Below are positions 53,986 to 64,000 of a stretch of 64,000 nt of DNA, piece after piece. The notes beneath the pieces were generated by a model, which saw nothing but the letters and a program-made list of their open reading frames with translations, did no database searches and was not told where the DNA came from. Every line of letters begins with the position of its first letter. The first letter of the stretch is position 1. Origin of the DNA: the human T2T-CHM13v2.0 reference genome, Homo sapiens; the NCBI RefSeq assembly GCF_009914755.1, contig NC_060934.1. One strand, written 5' to 3'. The translations under genes and the position numbers were made by a program.

Positions 53986-54825
53986 ACAGGAGTCAGCAAA
54001 TGTTTTTGGAAAGGGCCAGGACATTAAAGAGTATCTGTAAACGTGGACATTAAATAGCTCAGTTTATAGAGAAGGAGACTGACCAAAAACTAACAATTCC
54101 AGAACTCTGCAATATGCTCTGAAAAGCAACCACAAGGTATCAGATAGGATTCAGAAAGAGGCATATAGGTGGGGGTGAGAGAGAAAGTGAGTGGTCTAGG
54201 ACAGTGCTTTTCCAAGGATCTGTGCTTAAGGACCAGTTTTGTTTTTATTTTCAGCCCATCCATTGTGGACAGATGTTTTTGTAAAACAAAATACAAATGA
54301 ATTGCTAGAAAAATACAAGTGAAAAAAAGCATAGAAATAAATACCACTCTTTTTTCCTATTATATTCGGCATACATAAAATCCTATTTCAATAAAAATAT
54401 TAGAACAAACATAATGCCAGATAAAAGGAAAAAAATTGCCCCAATTAATCACATTGTCATTGAAAGCATGTGTACAAGTAATAAGGAAGATAATGGCTAT
54501 TATACTTGTCTACCATCATAACAAAACCACAATTTATGAGTGAAATAGCAATTCTCCATTCTGACTGCAATTGGTACACTTTGAAAGAACACTGTGGATT
54601 TCACTGTCTAGTCTTTCATGTGTCAAATGTGCCTGTTTCTTGATTGTTAACTTTTTTGATCTAGGTTAGATGGATGATGGAAATGCCACTTGCAGGGAGT
54701 AATGTGTTCTTTAGCTGTTTTATGTTTTGTTTAATACACTCAGAATAGAGAAACCAGTCTCACAGAGTAGAACTGACGGGAACAGAAGAAGTGATTTTAA
54801 AGTAGTATCAGCATACTGCAAAAAT

Positions 54826-55193
<368 letters not shown>

Positions 55194-55751
55194 TAATCCT
55201 TCATTAGTAGCTAGTTCTATCAATTGCTCCTGTAAAGTATGGTTAAATTTTGATTATCTTTTGATAAGATAAATAGATTCTGAATTTATATACTTTAGGT
55301 TAAAATTAGCAAACTAATCTTAAAATAGCACACATTTAATAATACCCTCTTACTCATGACTTGTATGCAGCTTTTACCAAATGTTTCTCACCTTATGGAT
55401 TTGACAGTAACAGAAATCTGTACCCTGTTCAAAAACACAAGTCCACTGATCTTGCCCTTGGATGTCTCAGCATTGTCAAATTGCTAGAAAAGTTCCTAAA
55501 CTTCTGTGCTTATGTCTTTACAGACTAGCAACAAATAGTGGGCCAACTATACTTTGAGTAGCACTACTCTACAAAAAGATTGTGAATTCAGTCATCCTTA
55601 GAAAAGGGTGAATCATATATAGGAAACTTGTATATAAATATTTAAGATAGAATATTTATAATATCAAAATTGTGTGTAGGAAAATCTCAAAACACTTCTT
55701 TTTAAAACAGTGTTTCTCTTTTTACACCCTTTATTAAGATGCATATATTCC

Positions 55752-56410
55752 TTTTTATTTCAATATTTTTGGAGTACAGGTGGTTTTTGGTTACATGGGT
55801 AAGTTCTTTAGCGGTGATTTCTGAGATTTTGGTGCACCCATCACCCTAATAGCGTACACTGTACCCAGTACGTAGTCTTTTATCTCCCACCCCACTTCCA
55901 CCCTTCTCCCCTGAGTCCCCAAAGTGCCTTATGTCATTCTTATGCCTTTGCATTCTCATAGCTTAGCTCCCAACTGTAAGTGAGACATGATATTTGGCTT
56001 TCCTTTCCTGAGTTACCTCACTTAGAATAATGGTCTTTGACTCCATCCAAGTTGCTGTAAATGTCATTATTTCATTTTTTTATGGCTGAGTAGTATTCCA
56101 TGGTGTATATATACCACATTTTCTTTATCCACTCATTGGCTGATGGACGTTTAGGTTGGTTCCATATTTTTGCAATTGTGAATTGTGTGGTTACAAACAT
56201 GCATGTGCAAGTGTCTTTTTCATATAATGACCTCTTTTCCTTTGGGTAGATATACAGTACTGGGATTGCTGCACTGAAATCCCGTACTACTTTAAAAGTT
56301 CTACTTTTAATTTTTTAAGGAATCTCCATACTATTTTCCATAGTGGTTATACTAGTTTACCTTCCCACTAGGAATGTAAGTGTTCCCTTTTCACTACATC
56401 CATACCAAAA
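55752..56410 (-). mobile_element. L1PB-type LINE-1 3' end, 5'-truncated
   Basis: Same subfamily motifs as 6918-7225; TSD-like ATG(C/T)ATATATTC on both sides. Confidence 0.88.
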
Positions 56411-56829
56411 ATATGTATATATTCTTAACAGTTAAGGATTAAAAGTGAGAAAGAGTTAAAAATAAAATCTTAAGCTAATGTTTGTCACCAATATTTCAAC
56501 AGTAGAATTACTAGATAAGCAAATAAACAAAAAAATCGAGAAGTTTAGTCATTTCATATTGGATATTTCTATGTAACCAGGCGTGTCCTACATGCTTGAC
56601 TGGATAGTTTTCCACACTTAACCATTAAGTTGGTTATAGTATAAGCACAGACAGCCTAAAATCAAGTAAGTACTAAACCAATACAATTTCAACTTTGAAA
56701 TAACTGAAAAAAAATCAAGGAGGATACGTGCCAAAATGTTAACGTTTAGCTCAAGATTGTAAAATTACAATACATCTTTTATCCCTTAGAGTTCTTTGGT
56801 GTCTTTCAATTTGTTAACATATTGCTATT

Positions 56830-56831
<2 letters not shown>

Positions 56832-56869
<38 letters not shown>
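56832..56869. repeat. (AC)19 microsatellite
   Basis: Direct count. Confidence 0.95.
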
Positions 56870-56871
<2 letters not shown>

Positions 56872-57611
56872 AATTTTAAAATTCAAAACTAGATGATTTC
56901 ATTTGATTAATATAATAAGCCTAGTCAACTTAACAAGACCCTGTCCTGGAAAAGACTGATTTATATAGACATATTAGACATGGAAACTTGATCACCACTA
57001 AGTCACTTTTTTATTTCTCAAAAGTGACAGTAAGTAAAAGGAGAGAATTCCTGAAATTAATTCTTAGCTTTTTATTCCTTTGTGCATATGCCAGATTGGA
57101 TCATTATTTTCAAATGGTGGTACCTTTTAAAGCACATAATTATAATCAGGAAACAGTTTAAATGAAGTGTTTGTTATTTGAAATCCATTTTTCTAGTGAA
57201 TAATCCCCATGATAGACAGGGGGATATTATTACAAAGCAAAGACACAGACAAACATCTAATACTCTGGTGTATGTAACTGTCTCTCGCAAATATAAACAT
57301 GTGCATGATAAGAAAATACTAATAATTAGTTAGTTACTCATAAAAATGTAATTGCTTTCCATGAAATTACTATCTGATATGATTTTGAGTAGATGAAATT
57401 ATTTTTATGCAAGCTATAGCCTTCCTTCTGATAAGCATTCAGCTACTCATTACTTCTCACGTTCGTATTATAAGTCTTTGTGTCTTATCTGTAATATAAG
57501 GCTCTAAATTCCTCAAAGTTGTACTTTATTCTTTTTGCATAATCCACAGTAGCTTGAATTGTCCCTTATAGATAGTAGGTATTGTATATGTACATATGTG
57601 TGAGTTTGGTT

Positions 57612-57663
57612 GAATGGATGGACTGATGGATGGATGGATGGATGGATGAATAAATGGATGGAT
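57612..57663. repeat. (GGAT)n repeat
   Basis: Direct reading. Confidence 0.85.
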
Positions 57664-58304
57664 AACTGGGAAAATATGGATGTGGCTGGTTTTATTTTAT
57701 TTGGGGGTAATTTTTTCTCCAAGGAAACATATATTCACATGATAGTTGATAGTATAAACCGCTAAGAATTATGATTGTCCCGTTATAAATAAAATAAACA
57801 AAAAATAACAAACATAAGAACACTTGAAGCCACAAAGTAAATCAAGGGATTTTCTGCATAAGTGTGTCAAAACAATGAAGGATCCCTCTGAAACCTTGGG
57901 CTTAGCTAAGTAAAACATCTCAACTACTTTGGAACACTAACTTTCTACATTTTTAAATAAATATATTTTTAAAAAGATTTAGATGAGATTCAGGTTAACA
58001 AAGCATAACGGTATAGCCTGTGAAATTAAGAAGGCGTAGCCAAGCATTCTGATAATACCTGACAAACATTTTGCTTAGCATTATTGAAGTGTTTGAAATA
58101 GCTTCCAATTTAAGATTTTACCTTTTACACTTTTTGACTTATAACATTTCACTATTAAATGTAAAAAAGAAAAAATCTGTTTTGAATGTTATGAGACTTT
58201 CTCCCACCCTATTTTTAATTTGAAAATATTCTATTTTTAAAATGTTTATACAAAATTCTAAGCCACTATATCACAATAAGGGATAGGAGATCATGAGAAT
58301 TAAA

Positions 58305-58420
58305 TCAACTAACTCATACACTGTATATACACACCAAGTATATATATATATATACATGCACATATATATGTTGTGTATATATACACATATATACATATAT
58401 ATATTGTGTGTGAGTTAGTT

Positions 58421-58467
<47 letters not shown>

Positions 58468-58470
58468 GTG
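58305..58470. repeat. AT/AC dinucleotide low-complexity tract with flanking 16-bp inverted repeat and (AT)n
   Basis: Direct reading. Confidence 0.9.
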
Positions 58471-61400
58471 ATACTTTGTAACCTGTAAAGTAAACTTTAA
58501 ATGCTATGATTTTTTAGCAGTGGTAATGCTGATCTCTGATATTTGGACTGCCTTTCTAATAATTTAAAAGACCATTTCTGTCTAGATGAAGTCTCATTAT
58601 ATCACAACTGATGAACCGAATTATATTCTTTTTAGACATACCATTGAGTAATCAGCTCCCTTCAGAAGAATGTTTTGCCTTAATAATGAAAACATTTTAA
58701 TAACTAAACTTATTACCCACTGAATTACTGTCATCCTTGACTTCTAAAACAGACACATTTTCTAAAATGAGAAACAGCCTCTTAACTGATATTCCTAAGG
58801 ACAATTTCTTTAAATGTCACCATTCTTAGTGTGTAAGAGTTATAGTTTCTTCTCCCTTTCTGTCTCCCTTTTTCCATCCACCTTTCACTCTTTCCTTCTT
58901 CCCTTCCTTGTTCTTCCTTCTTCCTTCCTCTTTCCTTTCTTTTCCTTCCCCACCTGACAAGTATGTCTAAACTACCATCATTAAACATGAAAGGGATTTC
59001 CCATTTGCTCTCTTTCAATATCTGTGTACTCAACTGATAATATTTTACCCATGCTCCTTAAAGTATTATGTCAAGACTTGTAAAATCAGATTTTCTATCC
59101 CAAGAAAAGTAACAGAAAATTTTGAATGAAATATGTGCATGCATAAAGGTTTGCTGTGGAGATGCCCTAAACTAAAGCCATTTGCTCGGTAACATGTCTT
59201 TAATTTCTTCCGAAATTAAGTTTAGCATGTAGAAATTTGGTATTTTATTTTACAATGTTAAAATGTAACGTGTGTATGAATTGTGTTTGTTTAAAAAGAT
59301 AATTTAATGATTTTTCTGTAGTCACCTATATTTGTTAAAACTCATAAATAATATTTTCTGGTTTCTACTTATTCAGTTGCTGGAGTTTTCACAACATCTC
59401 ATTATAATCATTTTCAGAATAGAATAACAATCAAAAAAAGGCATTAGTCAAGAAATGTCATAGGACCTGAGTAACTATTTAGAAAAGCATCTGATACCTA
59501 TAGTAGTACTTTTCTGAATGTCTATTTGATGAGGGTTCACACAGATGTCAGGTGTTCCTACAGAGTGTCTGAGAGAAGGAAAAATGAAACACTAATTGGT
59601 TCATTTTTGTGCCAGGAGTGATAAATTCTATAACACCATCAATTATGCTTATCAAGATGTCTTAAATTACTCATTGATCAGTACAGGGATCTGCAGACAG
59701 TGGCAGTCATTTGGAACTTAATAATATTACTTGAAAATTCTATATTTTCTTAAACTTCCGGTTATGTATAATGGTTGACTTATTGTTTGAGGAGACTTAG
59801 AATCTATCAGCAAGACACATTTGTTTAACGTTTCAGAAAATGTATTCTTTTGGCTAGGATCATCTTCTAAGTAAAGATTATTTATTAAGGACCCATGGTT
59901 CCAATTCCAAATGCCAAGATTATAGTTCTGAGTATTTTTATTTTGAAAATAAATTCTATATATTTATAATATAGAGTATGAATAAAGATACTTGTGTAAA
60001 AGGTCTCCAACTCCTCCTTCAACTGTGTGTATTTGAGTATCTGTGATGTATTCAGCTACTAAAATATTGCTTAAGGAGTTTTTCAAAATAAAAGTAAATA
60101 CTTATGCTATAATATTAAGTTAAAAATCATAGCGATGAAGATTACAAGTATGAACAACAATAAAGCTATGCAAAAAAATTAAAAGTAAAAGGAAATATAT
60201 AAAGATACCTCCTCTAGTCATTTGTAGTTAGAGTCCTATGGGTGATTTCTTAATTTCTCCATTCAGTTTTAATTTTTTTATAATCAAAAATCAATTACAT
60301 TTCAAATGAAATTTATAGGGAACTGAATTTAAAAATAGTTTTTATAATATTTTTACAGGTCTTTTGTAGGTACATATTATTTTCTCACTTTTGTCTAGTC
60401 ATAAGAAATATTAATAAATATTGGGTCATTAGGACAACATAGAACATTCATATTTTAAATCAAGGACACTTAAGAAGACCTGAAGAAAGTTATACTTCAA
60501 ATACTACTTTTGTTCGTTGTTTTTTAATGTGATACTTGTCACTGGATATGATATTATGAGGTTTAAAATGTGTTTTTTTCCAATCAAGCTCAACTTATTT
60601 TTAAGCTCATTGGGATGATTAGATGGTTTCTACTTTTAAAACTCCATCTAGCATAACCATATCTATGCTTTTCCATTTATTATATTTTGCTAAGAATTTC
60701 AAAGTGTATTTTCAAAATAATATTTTGTGGAGTTTTAATCTAGCTTAGTAGGTTGAACAGAATTTGTTAAGTTAAAAGTTTTAATTCTTGTCAAATTTAT
60801 CATCAGTTTACTCTGTAATTCTTTGGTAATACGCTATCCTGTTTAAAGTGTCCTTAATTCAAATAGATAATAGAAGGAAGACAGGATTTTTTTAAAAAAA
60901 ACTACTTGAACTCTCAGAATTACTATGAGTTTTAAATGCCTAATAACACAATCTCTTAATATATTGAAATGGATTTGAAAAACTAAGTTTTAGTAATTAT
61001 TGCTGTTTGGTTTTCCTACATAATATTATTTGATTCTTCTCTTTCAATACCTTTTCATAATGTTTTGGATTTTGTTGTATTGTAAATATCCAAATATAAA
61101 GGACAGAAGCATTATGGAATATACATTCTGGTGGTGGACGTGCTGCTGAATTGCAGTCATCTTGGACAAGGAACTTAAACTGTGCTTGAGTTTTCTTATT
61201 ATCTAAAAAACCCCCAGAAAATTAGCCAGATATTATCTATTTATAATAAAAGAAATATTATACTTTATGTTGTGAACGCGTCTAGCCTTAACATTCTCTA
61301 AACTCGGACTCCCTCTAAGTTTAGGTAAGGACCAAGACATTCTATGGGAAAGTGGGAAATTTTACCATATAAAGAACAATGACAAAAATAATATTTGAAC

Positions 61401-63007
61401 ATATTTTTCAACTGTGGGAATTATATTTATTATCACTGGTAATATACTTTTGAAAACTTTCTAAAGACTGTTGCCTATTATTTGTCTATTTAACAATCAT
61501 TTCTTTTGGAATGAATTAATACAATTAATTACAGAAAGCTTTATATTCTTGAATATGATTCTTGATTCCCCGTGTCTCTGTCTAATCTTTTTTGGGGTCC
61601 CTTTATGTATAGAAATAGTTCATGTATTAGGTTCAGCATTCTGGTTACCATGCACTCTAGATGAGCTCACTACCCAAGGGTCTGAAGTAACAGCTTCTCC
61701 CTTCCCCTCCACCCACCCCAAGAAGGATGTCATGTTCCTCTTTATAGTTTTTCAAAATAAAAAAGTATATGTAAAAGCAATTAAGGAACATTGCATTTTA
61801 AATCAGCAAGCACCTTACTATGTTTCAGGACCTGACCATGCATAACTTATTGTTTAATACTCACAACACACAAACCATTTACATGTATTAAGCTGACAGA
61901 GGATTAAAATGAAATGTAATTTCTTACAGTATTTTAAAATTATCTCCATTATAATTAGAGATTATAATACTAACTCATAGTATTTCAAAATAAAAGAATT
62001 AACTTTTATTTTGAAAAACCTCATTGGAACTATTAAAGTATTTGTTATTACATATAAAGCACTTATAGCAATGCCTGGCATATGAGTACCATGTAAGTGA
62101 GGATCTGATTATCATGTGGGTCCTGGGACTTCTGAGTATAGACTTTCACTTTTTTCTTTCCTTCATTCCAGTTCAGTAGTTGCTAGAATGTAGTGTACAG
62201 TAAGAGTTACTGTATCTGGTTGTATTCAGTAATTTTCAAGGGCGATTCTGGTATACATGTGTGTATTCATTTTGTGTTGGCGCTATAATATTTACAATTT
62301 TAGTGACACAATTGATGATGCTTCACTATAGAAGTCTGAATACAGTTCCAGGTGCATAGTAGGATATTGAATAGATTGGATTTAAGCAGTTAAATCATTC
62401 CTCCTGTTATATGCTAAAGTTGATTTTTCACTCTTCCAAAATGAGTTAATTTTTCTGTGATCTTCTCCTTTTGTTTTCCTGTATTCTTCATATTTATTTT
62501 GCCTGTGAACATTAGTTTACTATTTTGTTAAGTGGAGATAATGATGCTTGTTTTTCAGAATTTGTTTGAGAATTGTAATTAATATATGTTACTGGTAATT
62601 TAAATAACAGTACCTGGCATATAGGAGGCACTCCATAATTGGTAGATCTTGCTGTCATTTCAGTATTTTAATTGACTGATTAACTTTGTGGTGTATATCA
62701 TTTAGTGTGTCACAGACTTTATTCCAAACAATTATTTGAACATCTGCTTTTGCCAGATATGGTTGCCAGATTTGTTTATGTGTTGGCAACTCTATTGGCA
62801 AATAATGTAGAAGAGGTCGGTAATTTCATAGAGTTTATATTCTAGTCAGGAAAAATGTCTGACATGCTTCTTATTAATGTACTTAGATTAAGTGTTTGAA
62901 TTTACTTTTCTTTAGATGTCTTTAGATTGTTTCACTATATCACTGACTAGGTTGCCATTGCTACTATTTTGTAGAAGATTAATCACTGTGCTTTTTTCGT
63001 CTGACAG

Positions 63008-63082
63008 CTCTTTTAAACATTTGATTGGAGGGCTGGATGATGTTTCTAATAAAGCATATGAAGATGCAGAAGCTAAAGCAAA
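63008..63082 (+). CDS. PRKG1: PRKG1 internal coding exon (probably exon 9), 75 nt, phase 2-2; CNB-B hinge/capping helix and start of switch helix
   Basis: Acceptor cttttttcgtctgacAG|C and donor AA|GTAAGT. Joins the previous exon in frame (GA|C = Asp) to give (D)[24 protein letters not shown](K), including capping Y351 (Ibeta numbering). Confidence 0.97.
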
Positions 63083-64000
63083 GTAAGTGACTTTTTTCCT
63101 TAATTTTGATTGAAAAATGATTTTGAATAGAAATAAGATCAAATATTTTGTTGGACTTGACACATCCCAACACTCTGACAGGAAACAACTAATTAGTTGA
63201 GAGACAAAGAAGCAAACTCTTCAAGATAATTATTACACGGTATGCTTACCTAGGAGTATGTCTCTCTTCAAACACAAAACTTCAATTTTGTGATGAAGAT
63301 AATCTCAGCAAGAAAAAATGCTTATTTTAAAATCTAATATAAACAATTAAATGTAAACCTGTTGTTTGTCCTCCAGAAAATACTTTCTGAACAAATGGTG
63401 GTTGTGTTCCATAGTTGCTTGTGGAATTGTATCAAAAATAATAAGGCTAGAAATATTTCCCTGTGCTAATACATCATTACATTGAACTTTGATGTTACTA
63501 ATATGAGAATGATATGAGATGGTAAATATCCCATTAAGTATGATGTTGCATAAAAATACAATTCCGTCTACAAGAATAATTTGATTAAAACAATGTTTTT
63601 TGACAAAGATTTAAAGTAAGTTGATATTAGCTTTTTCTGCAAAATTATTATTTTTAAAATACCAGTAATCTATATAATCCTCCCCTCTTTCCCCTAATGT
63701 AATTAGTATTTAATAGCATATAGCATACCTAAAGGATTAAATTGACAACAGTTAGCATTAAACAGATAGTTCAGGGCCAGAATTTGATCTGTTGATTTTG
63801 TAGTAACCTAAAAATCAAAAGAAGTAAAATAATGTATTTTGCTTTGAGAATCCATGAAGATTAAAAATTTGTCCTAGAACTAAAATATTAAGAATTATAT
63901 TCTATGTTAACCCAATAAAATTATGTTATTTTCAAAGCTATATGAAAATATTCACAATTTCTCCTCTGTATCCTCTGTATAACCCTGAGGTCAAATGCCT

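Noticed and set aside
63048-63053. AATAAA inside the second PRKG1 exon as a poly(A) signal
   Set aside because: Explained by Asn-Lys codons; the hexamer is common in AT-rich DNA and lies next to a strong 5' splice site.

Overview
Primate (human-like) genomic DNA, AT-rich and almost entirely intronic, lying inside the PRKG1 gene (cGMP-dependent protein kinase I) on the + strand. Two canonical coding exons are visible: 34942-35007 (66 nt, [21 protein letters not shown]) and 63008-63082 (75 nt, [24 protein letters not shown]). From memory of the gene structure these are exons 8 and 9, covering the C-terminal half of cGMP-binding domain B. The rest is dominated by interspersed repeats: Alu, MIR, L1, L2, Tigger/MER DNA transposons, MaLR/ERV1 LTRs and one complete MaLR provirus. 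None of the supplied ORFs looks like a real gene. The most interesting signal is a candidate internal first coding exon at 29561-29646 (MDYSDTDSDATLGYSDDEDSSDEVQRIS, donor GA|GTCAGT). It is in phase with the next PRKG1 exon and is preceded by several uORFs. If used, it would give an N-terminally truncated PKG-I lacking the dimerisation, autoinhibitory and intact cGMP-binding regions, analogous to PKM-zeta. Other notable structures are an in-frame alternative acceptor for the second exon, a 103-bp near-perfect hairpin, a 164-bp local templated duplication, and nested transposon insertions. Repeat family names were assigned by eye from remembered consensus sequences, and old-repeat boundaries are approximate.
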